In this document: in pieces, positions 20,948 through 30,972 of the stretch
How the letters are laid out: every line of letters begins with the position of its first letter
Position numbering within the stretch: position 1 is the first letter of the stretch
NCBI GenBank assembly: GCA_965208675.1
Contig: OZ242351.1
Coordinates: 2,144,001-2,208,000, forward strand
Length of the DNA: 64,000 nt
From: Candidatus Poribacteria bacterium
GTDB taxonomy: Bacteria; Poribacteria; WGA-4E; PCPOR2b
Direction of reading: 5' to 3'
Notes under the pieces: model-generated
Told to the model about the DNA's origin: nothing
Seen by the model: only the letters and a program-made list of their open reading frames with translations
Databases searched by the model: none
Program-made: the position numbers and the translations under genes

Positions 20948-22447
20948 CTAATCACATGTGTAACTCAACAACAATTCCCGTTTAGGCGGCGAGACTTGGC
21001 GGTTGGCCAAATTCCGTTGATTCATATAATACACATGGAGGGAATGAAGCTGCTTCATTCCGGTGTTCGACTCGTTCCAACGGTGACACAAATACTCTCC
21101 ATAATGCATTCTATACGGGTCTCCTAACTTCACATATTTCCGCATATACCGCCGCCACCGCGCACTTTCGTAGAGCGAAATCACCAGTTCGGGTTTATCC
21201 CAAAGAACTTCCTCTCCAGGCTTCAAAAGGTTTACCCTCGTACCGTCTTTCAGTTGCCCGGTGATAACGAACCATCCGTTCTTTTTCGACGGACCTGCGA
21301 ACACCCCCCATGCCTGATCCAATCCAAGGGCATATCCAATCGGATTGATAACACTAGGGAAAAACCTATAAAGCGGTTTGTTGGCGGTTCGAAGATTCCA
21401 AAACAACACGTAAATCAGTAGAAACACAACGGCACCATTCAACAGACGCGCCCAAATAGTCTTGTTTCCTTGGCGATCAAAAGTGGGTGACTTTATTTTC
21501 AGGCGATCCCAAACCCAACTTGGGATGAATAAAAGCCACGCAGCGCTACAGATATATCCGAACAGCCACAACTCGAGACAAATACCCATACCTAGGTGAA
21601 ACAACCAAAACGCCGCGATGATACCGCACCGAACCGGACCTCTGGCAACAATGGGGAACAGCGCGAGCAACGGCCCAAATAGCTCAAGCCCCAATGTGCC
21701 ATAGTTGAGCAACTTCAATAGGATCGGGTTAGCATCAAGTAGCCACTTTCCGATGGGCGTCACATACCGATCGAGCATCAACGCATAATAGACGCCATCA
21801 CCTTGGATATACCACGTATTGCGTGATTTCAATAACCCAGCGAACCAGTATATTATGCAGACCTGCAGCAGAATTGCAGCCGCACCTATGGAACGGACAG
21901 TGCTTGAGGCGGGACGGATACCCCGGTTCCGATAGGCATCAACGCCGTAACGGCTGCCAAGCGGCAAAAACATACTCCAAAATAACAACACACGCAATAC
22001 ATGGTCGCCACCTTGAAGTACCTGCGGGTTTCGCCGATGCAACGACAGCATCAATAGCCAAACAATCGGAGTTACTAGCCGCGTATGGTAACCAACAAGC
22101 ATCGCAAGGGCGAATGCACCCGTAATGAGGAATAAAACAGCTTGAAACTCAACGGAACCATTGAACAAGTGCAGCGAAAATCCCCATAATGGAAGCCGCC
22201 TTCGCCCCGCTTCTATCGGCCACGCACCATCGTCCGCATAATGCGCCGTCAAATCACCCGCACGCGTCAACAAGTCAACCAGAATCAAAGTTGCGATTGC
22301 AATGCGAAACACCGCTAGTGAACGCAAATCTATCGAAAATATTTCGCAGATTCTAGGATACCACAGCGACGATTTGCTTGCCAAGAATGTGTACAACTTT
22401 GTGAGTTTCAACCCACCTGTCCCAAAAATGAAATCCCGATTTCTCAC
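20948..22447 (-). CDS. HTTM-domain membrane protein (vitamin K-dependent gamma-carboxylase-like)
   Basis: DLRSLAVFRI, RNPQVLQGGD, IYWFAGLLK, FHLG, DQAWGVFA. Confidence 0.8.
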   Translation of the reverse strand: MRNRDFIFGTGGLKLTKLYTFLASKSSLWYPRICEIFSIDLRSLAVFRIAIATLILVDLLTRAGDLTAHYADDGAWPIEAGRRRLPLWGFSLHLFNGSVEFQAVLFLITGAFALAMLVGYHTRLVTPIVWLLMLSLHRRNPQVLQGGDHVLRVLLFWSMFLPLGSRYGVDAYRNRGIRPASSTVRSIGAAAILLQVCIIYWFAGLLKSRNTWYIQGDGVYYALMLDRYVTPIGKWLLDANPILLKLLNYGTLGLELFGPLLALFPIVARGPVRCGIIAAFWLFHLGMGICLELWLFGYICSAAWLLFIPSWVWDRLKIKSPTFDRQGNKTIWARLLNGAVVFLLIYVLFWNLRTANKPLYRFFPSVINPIGYALGLDQAWGVFAGPSKKNGWFVITGQLKDGTRVNLLKPGEEVLWDKPELVISLYESARWRRYMRKYVKLGDPYRMHYGEYLCHRWNESNTGMKQLHSLHVYYMNQRNLANRQVSPPKRELLLSYTCD

Positions 22448-22626
22448 GAGTACGGACTTTCCGCGGCTGCTTGCCCAATTTTATGTCCTACAACAACGGT
22501 TAAGCTAGCACGCGCGGTACGCCCGAAAACCGATGCCTACGCAAGTCACGGTCGGCAGTCGAATAGATTTCTGACGCTATGGGCTTTCACCATTTATTCC
22601 ACGTTCCGCGCAACTTTATCGGCTAT

Positions 22627-23982
22627 TCAATCATTGTCACCTTCCTCGAGTTCTGCGCGGCCTTTGTTTTCTTGCCTCCTTTTGGAATCACGCAGTGTAT
22701 TGGAGATATGCGAATCGAATTGATCGGAAATTCCAAGCAAACTTTCCAGTAATTTAGCTCCGTCGATATAATTCCCGACAAGAATTTCGCTCTCACCCGC
22801 GGCGATTAACCGCTCGATAGCGTTCATGTCTACTGACGCTAGTTTCCTAAACATCCCCCTAGTTTTATCCCATGCGGAAACCTCTTTATAGCAAATTCCA
22901 AGGTTAAGATAAAGGTTAGGCAGGTCTATATCGCGGACCCCCAGATCAAGGACCTTTTCCAAACAAGCGCCCGCACGCTTGTAATCTTCCGACATATAAT
23001 GCATCAAACCTAGATTATAAACTACATCATTCAGCAAAGCGCCATCTCCCGCCATACTTGCCTTTACGTCTGGCCCCTCAAGTAAACCGCTTGCCATCAA
23101 CAGACGACGTGGATTGTATCCAAATGTTGGTGATGCCACCCAACTTTTGAATTCCGCCCGTTGATTTAGAGACGGTCTTGGCGCCGCGTTGCGTATCTGG
23201 GTAGGCGTCTCATCTTCTTCAATCGGCAACGGCTCGCGCGCTAATTTTGCCGATGTTTCGGCACTAGAGATTTCAAAACCGCTAAGTGCGTCCAATCGTT
23301 GCCGCGCAAGTGCGCATTCCTCCGCAGCATTTGGAAATTGAGCAATTACTCGCCGGTAGGTCTCCGCAGCGTTTTCGGAGGAATTAAGGGATTCATGAAT
23401 AGTTCCGACCTTCAACAACACTTCAGGAATACGCGAATCAGTAGCGTAACGCGTTTCGTAATTTGCTAACGTTTTGAGCGCAGCCGTGTTTGCCCCCAGT
23501 TGGACGTAGCAATCGGCAAGATGCAATCGAGCTGCTGGCGTTCGTGGATCCTGGGAAAAATCTAGGATGAATTGAAGGTATCTGCGTCGAGCAACTTCGT
23601 AGTTCCCGTTTTCTTGGCTCCGGTTTGCAAGTATCCACAACGCATCACCCGCTTGTGAACTTGTCGGATAAGATTGGACGATTTTCTCAAAAATCTTTAT
23701 TGCTTTTTCATCTTCACCGGGCAGTCCGTCGTAAATCCTTCCAATTTTGAATTGGGCATTTCGAGCCTGTTCTGAACCGGGATTGGCTCGCATAATCTCC
23801 AAGTAACGGGCTATCGCCCTTTGAGGGTTTCCATTGGGAAGCTGATTTTCAATACGCGACATGGGCGACCGGGGGGAACAACTCACCGCCCACAAGAGGA
23901 ACCAAATTGTTCCGAGACGAATCATAACATGTGGCAGGGTACACGTTGCCATAGGGATAAGAGTATCTTCTACGAAGCGCAA
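22627..23982 (-). CDS. TPR lipoprotein (true start probably near 23925)
   Basis: Lipobox-like WAVSC followed by BamD-like TPRs. Confidence 0.75.
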   Translation of the reverse strand: MRFVEDTLIPMATCTLPHVMIRLGTIWFLLWAVSCSPRSPMSRIENQLPNGNPQRAIARYLEIMRANPGSEQARNAQFKIGRIYDGLPGEDEKAIKIFEKIVQSYPTSSQAGDALWILANRSQENGNYEVARRRYLQFILDFSQDPRTPAARLHLADCYVQLGANTAALKTLANYETRYATDSRIPEVLLKVGTIHESLNSSENAAETYRRVIAQFPNAAEECALARQRLDALSGFEISSAETSAKLAREPLPIEEDETPTQIRNAAPRPSLNQRAEFKSWVASPTFGYNPRRLLMASGLLEGPDVKASMAGDGALLNDVVYNLGLMHYMSEDYKRAGACLEKVLDLGVRDIDLPNLYLNLGICYKEVSAWDKTRGMFRKLASVDMNAIERLIAAGESEILVGNYIDGAKLLESLLGISDQFDSHISNTLRDSKRRQENKGRAELEEGDND

Positions 23983-24060
23983 GTTTAAATGATAGTTGGC
24001 TATCTAGCGCGCACGACCCACTCAATGTTCATTGAAACGTCTACAAACCGAGTTAAAAAC

Positions 24061-24099
24061 AAAAAAGGACAATATGTATACGATATATTGTCCTTTTTT
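24061..24099. terminator. Bidirectional intrinsic terminator
   Basis: Inverted repeat AAAAAAGGACAATAT...ATATTGTCCTTTTTT. Confidence 0.8.
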
Positions 24100-24137
24100 G
24101 CATACTGGAACCTTTAAGGGAGAATTATAAGCTGCAA

Positions 24138-24836
24138 TTATTCTTTGCCCTTGGTTGTGAATGAAATTGTCGAATCCAATTTATTCCCGGCTCCGTCCTC
24201 GGTCGAAACTTTAATTTCATACGTTGTTTCGTTGCCAAGTTCTGCGCCTTTTGCAGGAACAATTGTTACTGAATTCGCACTCCATTCTGCCAACCAATTC
24301 AGCGCATCTCCACCCTCAATTGAGATTGAGATATCGCCTTCTTTGACATCTTCGCTGAACGTAATTGAGATGCCATCCGTATTGAGTCCGGCCGGGTCGA
24401 CATCTTTGTCATTGTTGCTCACCGAACTGCTGTCAATGGAAGGTGCTGTTGTGTCTGCCTCAGCTTGAATGGTTAAGGCGACACTCCCTGAACCGGCAGT
24501 ACCATCTTTGTTTGTCCAGCCGATGTTCAGCGTTGCGCTCCCTGCCGGCAAATTAAGACCCGCAAGATTTAAGGTCCACGTTTTCCCGGAACCCGCAGCG
24601 GCGGTGCCATTCACCGTGACGCCGTCAACTGCTTCATCAAGCGTAATTGTAAGGCTGGCATTTGGGGCAACTTCACTGCCCGCTGCGGGCGAGGTAGTCG
24701 CGGTCGTCGCTGAAGGCTGTTCCACAGCTTCGTCCTCACCGTCGTCCTCACCAGTCTCGTCGCCACCACAGCCGACCATAAAAACAACTAGCATTGCAGC
24801 CATTATAACAGCTAAGGTTCTCAACAATTTTTGCAT
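24138..24836 (-). CDS. Acidic lipoprotein with two Ig-like (Big_5-type) domains
   Basis: Lipobox MVGC, acidic linker, beta-sandwich motifs DTTAP...ISITFSE...DGAGN. Confidence 0.75.
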   Translation of the reverse strand: MQKLLRTLAVIMAAMLVVFMVGCGGDETGEDDGEDEAVEQPSATTATTSPAAGSEVAPNASLTITLDEAVDGVTVNGTAAAGSGKTWTLNLAGLNLPAGSATLNIGWTNKDGTAGSGSVALTIQAEADTTAPSIDSSSVSNNDKDVDPAGLNTDGISITFSEDVKEGDISISIEGGDALNWLAEWSANSVTIVPAKGAELGNETTYEIKVSTEDGAGNKLDSTISFTTKGKE

Positions 24837-25676
24837 TAGTCTACTCCTTCATGAAAGAAATTTAAAAACGATAAAATGACTGTGTCAAATTTTTGCAACC
24901 TGATACAGTTTTCAACGTCAAATCCTTTGTATTCCCTCTCGGGAAGATGGTTAACAAGAATATTCAGACCGCTGTTGGAAACGCCTTCGACCCAACAACA
25001 ATTCCAAATTGAAATTGAAACGTTGGTTTGAAATCAGATGCGAGCATTTTCGATTGACAAACGCTCTTTTGTCTTGCTTCTCCTGCAACGTGGATAATAG
25101 TCTACCAAATTTTAAAATTTTTGTAAAGAAAAATCTTCACATAAATCAAAAAATTCGGTCTTTAGTAAATCCTGCTTCAACGAGCATTGTTGAAAACTTA
25201 AGCGTTGGTTATTGAAATACGTGTTTCAGTTGAGGTCTTCCTACCAACGATAGCATCAGCCCGTTGGTTCACTTGCGCAGGTTTACGCTTTTTGCAAAGG
25301 ATTGCCGGTGGGGCCGGTATTTACTCATTCAAACGCGAGCCAAAGTACTCTACCGGACATATATACAGTTTTAGTTTTTTTCCGCCTCCTCGCTCAAGCT
25401 CAAACTAAGGCATTTAGGCGGAAAAACCAGACACATACATAAACTCTCGCCCATTCTCTTTCTGAGAATGGCGCAAGTATAGCACATTACAAAAAACTTT
25501 GCAACAAAAATTTGCGGTATTTCTTAACCGCAACCAAACGTTCAAAATACTCGAATTCATCCCTGTTTGCACGACCAAACGTACTCTGAAACCTATGTAA
25601 ATCATTCCAAATACCAATTCGCTATGCACTAAAGCCGACTGGACGCGAATTACGGGGCTGTTCCGGCAATTTCCGG

Positions 25677-26573
25677 TTAATCCCCCCATGCGGCTCCTCG
25701 GGGAACCCACAACCATTGTCCTTTATAAATTCTATCGCGGTCAAAGTCGTAATCATCTTGATTAGCCTCGACCAGCCTTGGCCAAAGCGCGCCGTTGTCA
25801 TAAACCTCCGGGCGAGCGGCAATCGTTCGGAGAGTATCACCCTTACGAACATTGTATCGGCTCACCTTTTCGGGAGAAGCAATTGTAAAGCTAAAGGAAT
25901 AAGGTTCAGACAAAGCGTTGCCGGCCGTATCCATGACACCGGACACAGTAACACTGTATTGCCGCCCTGCCCGCATTGGTGCGTCCGAAACAAAAGTCAC
26001 CATATTGTCGGATCCGCCGATTGTTCCCGAAACTGGGCCAGATTCCTGGCTCATTGAGTCCGGGGTCGATTCAACTTGAACTGCAATAACGCCTGATTGA
26101 CTATCGACGTTTTCGTCAAAAGTGATCGACACAGCAACATTCACCTTCAGTGAATCATCATACTCAGATATTGTTGCTCCATCTGAGGGATCTGACGCAG
26201 TAATGTTCGGCGGGGTCGCATCAGTGTACACGAATTTTTGACCTAATGTCACCGGTTCATCAGGTTTACTGTTGTTTGTTACAACAACTTCAGCGGATTG
26301 CCCCGCTGCGCCCGCCGGCGTTACTGCTGTAATTTCAGTTTCGCTTGGAACATTTACATTGGTGCCCGCTTTCCCGTCGAAAGTCACAACCACACCCTTC
26401 TTCATGTCAAACTTGTCGCCTGAAATTCTGACCGTTGTCCCACCTGTCTCCGGCCCGTCAGTTGGGCTCATACTCTGCGGTTCAGGTGGAGAAGCGCAAC
26501 CCGCGCAGCCGGATATCCATGCGGCCACAAATGTCAAAGCAACAATTGTTGTGAAATTTCTGAATTTCCTCAT
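25677..26573 (-). CDS. Lipoprotein with IPT/TIG, Big_5 and C-terminal LysM domains
   Basis: Lipobox ISGC; SPTDGPETGGTTVRISG (IPT); VMDTAGNAL (Ig); YNVRKGDTLRTIA (LysM). Confidence 0.8.
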   Translation of the reverse strand: MRKFRNFTTIVALTFVAAWISGCAGCASPPEPQSMSPTDGPETGGTTVRISGDKFDMKKGVVVTFDGKAGTNVNVPSETEITAVTPAGAAGQSAEVVVTNNSKPDEPVTLGQKFVYTDATPPNITASDPSDGATISEYDDSLKVNVAVSITFDENVDSQSGVIAVQVESTPDSMSQESGPVSGTIGGSDNMVTFVSDAPMRAGRQYSVTVSGVMDTAGNALSEPYSFSFTIASPEKVSRYNVRKGDTLRTIAARPEVYDNGALWPRLVEANQDDYDFDRDRIYKGQWLWVPRGAAWGD

Positions 26574-26666
26574 GCGTTTTTCTCCTGAACAATTAAGGTT
26601 TGAAAATCACCCAATGCGAAGCCGCGTAGCAATTAAAGCGGTTATATTCAATCGGCAATTTCTTCT

Positions 26667-26695
26667 AGTATACAGGCTAACACGAACTTTGTCAA
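26667..26695 (-). promoter_or_regulatory. sigma70 promoter for the LysM lipoprotein gene
   Basis: TTGACA-N17-TATACT. Confidence 0.7.
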
Positions 26696-26757
26696 CAGCA
26701 AAAAGGATTGAATGTGAACAAATGCCGTTTGCCGGCTGCGACGCGTAGGCCTAAGTT

Positions 26758-28017
26758 CTATACTCGGACAATATCTGCACCAACATCCGCCAATTTCCTT
26801 TCAATAGATTCATATCCCCGATCGATGTGGTAGACACGAGCGACAACTGTTTCACCTTTTGCCACCATACCGGCGAGTACCAAAACCGCCCCGGCCCGAA
26901 GGTCGGATGCCATGACTGGTGCTCCACTAAGCTTGTCGACGCCGCGTATTATGGCGCGGTTGCCTTCAATGTCGATATTGGCGCCCATACGGTTTAGTTC
27001 GCTGACATGCATGAATCGATCTGTATGAATAGTTTCCGTAACTGTACTGATTCCAGGGGTAACGCTGAGAAGTCCAATAATCTGTGCCTGCATGTCTGTC
27101 GGAAAACCTGGAAATGCCTCTGTATTCACGTCGATAGCGGCTAATTGGTGAGGCGTTGTTACACGAACGCCATTTTCTTCCCAATCCAATTGAACACCTG
27201 CTTCAAGTAGCTTGTCTGAAACTGCACCAAGGTGATTGCGGAGCGCATTTTGCACGAAGACATCGCCGTTAGTAATTGCACTAGCTACCATGAATGTGCC
27301 TGTCTCAATGTCATCTGGAATCACGGTATACTCAGTGCCGCGTAATTGCTTGACACCGTGAATTTTCAGAACTGGTGTTCCAATGCCGTGAATTTCTGCT
27401 CCCATCGCATTGAGGAAGTTGGCAAGATCGACGATGTGCGGTTCACGAGCAGCATTGCGAATGGTTGTTGTGCCTTCTGCCAATGCTGCCGCCATCATGA
27501 CATTCGCTGTTGCACCAACGCTTGGCCCATACCTGCCTTTCAAATTCATTTTAGCGCCAATCAATCGATTGGCTTCCGCAGTAATGTAACCGCCTTCGAT
27601 CGTAACTCTAGCTCCCAGGCACTCTAACCCTTTCAAGTGCAGGTCTATTGGACGCGGTCCAATCGAGCAGCCGCCGGGAAACGCGACTTTCGCCTTACCT
27701 AGGCGCGCGGCAAGCGGCCCCAAAACGTACACTGATGCGCGCATCTTCCGAACCAAATCATAGGGTGCCTCGTAAGCAGTGCGGTTTATCGGCTTGACAT
27801 GGAGCGTGGCATTTTTGTATTTCGTCGCTGCTCCCAGCGTTTCAAGGACACCGCATAGCGTCTCAACGTCCCTGAGATTGGGAACATTGTGGATGACACT
27901 GGCGCCATCCGCTAAGATTGCTGCAGCAATGGCAATGGGAAGCGCGGCGTTTTTTGAACCGCTGACGGATACGGTGCCTTCAAGCCGTTTGCCGCCATTG
28001 ATGACTAATTTATCCAT
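26758..28017 (-). CDS. murA: UDP-N-acetylglucosamine 1-carboxyvinyltransferase
   Basis: GSKNAALP, KMRAS, PGGCSIGPRPIDLH, FPGFPTDMQAQ, HIDRGYE. Confidence 0.98.
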   Translation of the reverse strand: MDKLVINGGKRLEGTVSVSGSKNAALPIAIAAAILADGASVIHNVPNLRDVETLCGVLETLGAATKYKNATLHVKPINRTAYEAPYDLVRKMRASVYVLGPLAARLGKAKVAFPGGCSIGPRPIDLHLKGLECLGARVTIEGGYITAEANRLIGAKMNLKGRYGPSVGATANVMMAAALAEGTTTIRNAAREPHIVDLANFLNAMGAEIHGIGTPVLKIHGVKQLRGTEYTVIPDDIETGTFMVASAITNGDVFVQNALRNHLGAVSDKLLEAGVQLDWEENGVRVTTPHQLAAIDVNTEAFPGFPTDMQAQIIGLLSVTPGISTVTETIHTDRFMHVSELNRMGANIDIEGNRAIIRGVDKLSGAPVMASDLRAGAVLVLAGMVAKGETVVARVYHIDRGYESIERKLADVGADIVRV

Positions 28018-28336
28018 CGTACAGCCTCCTTGTTATCTAATCGCCGGTGTCATGTCGTAACAAGCACGTGTGAGGACAAATCGACATGTCTCCATTTTAC
28101 CCATGTTCCAATTGGTTAATTACATGACACTAGCAAAATGACTTCCTTGTGTTTAGAACCAACGATATCAACACGCCGTTCGTTTCGCTGAAGGCTAAAA
28201 CGGTTTTGAATTCAGATGAACCGTGCCAAGAAAACGCGGCGTTTGTATTACGCCGCATTCCGTGGATTTGCTGCGGTGATATTGACTGATGAACGTTGGA
28301 TGGCAAGGAATTGTGGTACCGTTTGCGTATCGGTTT

Positions 28337-28900
28337 CTAGAAGGGTCTACCCCTCCGGTTGAGGGCTGCAGGGACCTCATTCCTAACGGGTTTAATTGTT
28401 TTCAGATATGCCCACATCGCCTTAAGATCGGCATCGCTCATATTTGCATAAGCGCCTTTGGGCATCGGAGGAAGAATGCGCCGATTACCTTTGTCACCTT
28501 GATGAAATCCGGTCCGCATTGCATCAATAAACATTTTTTCTGTCCATTCACCGAGTCCTGTTTCGTTATGAGGCGTCAGATTCGCGGCAAAGGTTGTTCC
28601 GAAGGGGCCAGAAAATGCGGCAAGTGTAGGCGCAGTTAACATGAAAATATTCTGTTGTATCAAGCTAAAATCGTATTTGGGATGTGGTGCATTTGCCGGA
28701 TGTCCGGCGAGATACATCCTCATGTCAGGTTCAGCTCGTGCACGCGGTGTGTGGCACTGACCGCAAGCCCCAACCGCATCCACAAGATATTTTCCGCGTT
28801 TGACCATGTCACCCTGGCTTTGTGCGTGATTAAAAGTAAGTATCATGAGCGTTAATATTGAAATTATTATGGTCCCAAGTATCCACCTTTTTTTGATCAT
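28337..28900 (-). CDS. Exported monoheme c-type cytochrome
   Basis: Signal peptide, RGKYLV, CGQCH, NLTP, PPMP. Confidence 0.85.
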   Translation of the reverse strand: MIKKRWILGTIIISILTLMILTFNHAQSQGDMVKRGKYLVDAVGACGQCHTPRARAEPDMRMYLAGHPANAPHPKYDFSLIQQNIFMLTAPTLAAFSGPFGTTFAANLTPHNETGLGEWTEKMFIDAMRTGFHQGDKGNRRILPPMPKGAYANMSDADLKAMWAYLKTIKPVRNEVPAALNRRGRPF

Positions 28901-29158
28901 CTCTTTTGTCCCCTTTTTATGATGTTTAGTAAGCCAACTCAAAAAACCTCAAACCATAGTGAATTATATCACTGCTTATAACCGTTTTCAATATTGGCTT
29001 CCGCCCGTTCACCGATTTAGCCAAATTATTTTGATTGCCGTAAGCGTTCAAATTCGGCTTGATCCAATGAGCGAAGTTTGATAGACTTTTCACGAGAAAC
29101 AAGAGGGAATTTATGCTTCGCATTCCACACAGTACACCAACACGGAATGAGGCCAATT

Positions 29159-29569
29159 ATGGACTGTATTTTTTGCGCAATAGCTGGGGATGCGATACCA
29201 GCTACGAAAGTCTACGAAGAAGACCAAATTCTCGCTTTTATGGATATCAACCCGGCGAATCCGGGACATCTCCTTGTCATTCCGAAACGACATTACCGAA
29301 ATATTTTTGACATCGACGCCGAGACGGCTGGAAAGATTATGCAAGTTGGAAAGCAGCTTGCGAGCGCCATAAAAACTGCCTTGAATCCGGATGGGCTTAA
29401 TTTGTTACAGTCGAGCGAGGCCGCGGCATTCCAAACAATATTCCACTTTCACTTACATCTCATCCCGCGTTGGGAAGACGATACGCTAGTTCTGCCATGG
29501 AAACCTCAACAGGGCGATATGAATCAGATTGCGGAAGTTGCGGACAAAATTAGACAGCACATTCAATAA
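29159..29569 (+). CDS. HIT family hydrolase
   Basis: DCIFC, PGHLLVIP, histidine triad HFHLHLIPR. Confidence 0.92.
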   Translation: MDCIFCAIAGDAIPATKVYEEDQILAFMDINPANPGHLLVIPKRHYRNIFDIDAETAGKIMQVGKQLASAIKTALNPDGLNLLQSSEAAAFQTIFHFHLHLIPRWEDDTLVLPWKPQQGDMNQIAEVADKIRQHIQ

Positions 29570-29818
29570 CCGGTACAGGTGATTGCCGTTGCAGCGCGGA
29601 GATGTCAATCAACCAAAGCGCAAGATGTGAAAATCGTTTAGAACCTATCGGCATTACTGTGATTATCATTGGTCTGCTTAAACTCAGGCAATGATTGATT
29701 ATTCCTGGCAGGAATCCTTTTTCGCGCAATCTGATGAATTCGCTTAACGGTGGCGTAAACTTTTCCAAGTGCTAATTTATGATAAATCAGATGCGGCTTC
29801 ATTCCAAAATTCTTGGTC

Positions 29819-29865
29819 AAAAAAAAGGCAGGAGGCAAAATTTCTACCTCCTGCCAATTTTTTTT
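29819..29865. terminator. Bidirectional intrinsic terminator after the iscA-like gene
   Basis: Stem GGCAGGAGG/CCTCCTGCC flanked by A- and T-tracts. Confidence 0.75.
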
Positions 29866-29875
29866 GAAAACGGAC

Positions 29876-30217
29876 TTATACGCTGAAAGATTCTCCACAA
29901 CCACATGTGGACTTCGCATTGGGGTTGGTGATTTTGAAACCCGAATCCATTAATCCGTCTGCGTAGTCTAGCGTTGAACCGGCGAGGTAGAGCGTACTGC
30001 GTGGATCCAAAAATATTTTTACGCCGTAATGCTCAAAGACTTTGTCACCACTTCGCGGTTCGTCAAATCCAAGTTCGTACTGAAAGCCGGAACACCCTCC
30101 ACCAACCACCTTCATACGCAAGCCATACTCTTTCTCTGCGTCGTGTTCATCTTCATTTTTTGCCGTTTCAAGCAATGTGCGCGTTTTCTTGGCGGCCGAT
30201 TCCGTCACAGTAATCAT
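29876..30217 (-). CDS. A-type Fe-S carrier (HesB/IscA/ErpA family)
   Basis: GGGCSGFQY, NPNAKSTCGCGESF. ATG 30217 after GAGGAGG. Confidence 0.93.
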   Translation of the reverse strand: MITVTESAAKKTRTLLETAKNEDEHDAEKEYGLRMKVVGGGCSGFQYELGFDEPRSGDKVFEHYGVKIFLDPRSTLYLAGSTLDYADGLMDSGFKITNPNAKSTCGCGESFSV

Positions 30218-30611
30218 ACGAACCCTCCTCCTTTCTAAATTCTCGAATTTCACGCGAAAAATAGTCGTGAATTGCTGCTTTCAACACCTCTACAGCTAGC
30301 GCAAGATATCGAGTTTTATCTGGCGGCAGTACGCCGAGTGCCGCCTCAACTTGAGAATCAGTAATACTTAATGCTTCTTCGATTGAAATTCCTTTGATGA
30401 GTTCTGTTAATGCTGAATTTGCCGCAATCGCAGCGACACAACCAATTGTTCTGAATTTAGCGTCAACAATCCGGTTTTGCGTAACTTTGATTGTGAGTTT
30501 CATCAAGTCACTATCTGCGGGGGTTCCGACGATACCCACCCCATCTGCATCCTTAATCGTACCGAGATTGCGCGGATTTTTGTAATGATCGATAACCTGT
30601 TGCGTATACAT
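30168..30611 (-). CDS. IscU/NifU-N-like scaffold protein with degenerate Cys ligands
   Basis: MYTQQVIDHYKNPRNLG and DAKFRTIGCVAAIA match IscU; the other two Cys positions read D and Y. Confidence 0.8.
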   Translation of the reverse strand: MYTQQVIDHYKNPRNLGTIKDADGVGIVGTPADSDLMKLTIKVTQNRIVDAKFRTIGCVAAIAANSALTELIKGISIEEALSITDSQVEAALGVLPPDKTRYLALAVEVLKAAIHDYFSREIREFRKEEGSYDYCDGIGRQENAHIA

Positions 30612-30661
30612 AATGCTTTAAAGTTTTCAAGCTACACTGAAGGCGCCGGCAAGCTTGCATA

Positions 30662-30690
30662 ATTATATTCCACTACGCCGTAAATGTCAA
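30662..30690 (-). promoter_or_regulatory. Perfect-consensus sigma70 promoter for the iscU/iscA-like pair
   Basis: TTGACA-N17-TATAAT. Confidence 0.85.
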
Positions 30691-30805
30691 ATATCATTTT
30701 CAAAACCCGTATTGAAATTACAATTGTCATCACTGCTTAATTCTGAGCGACAGTAACGTTTGATTTTAGGTATCAAACGCCCGTCAATTGCCTTCGACAA
30801 ATCCA

Positions 30806-30834
30806 TTTACTTTGTTGAGGAATTGATGTATAAT
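30806..30834 (+). promoter_or_regulatory. sigma70 promoter for the GT2 operon
   Basis: TTTACT-N17-TATAAT. Confidence 0.55.
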
Positions 30835-30972
30835 CAACAGAAATTGATGTTACAGATTTTATGTTTTTATAATCTTCAGGCGGACGACTTGAAAGAAACC
30901 AAAGGGCTAATGCTCAAGACATAGCGTAAAACCGGTAGAAGCGGGCTGAACGCACAGGTAATTGATTTCAAT

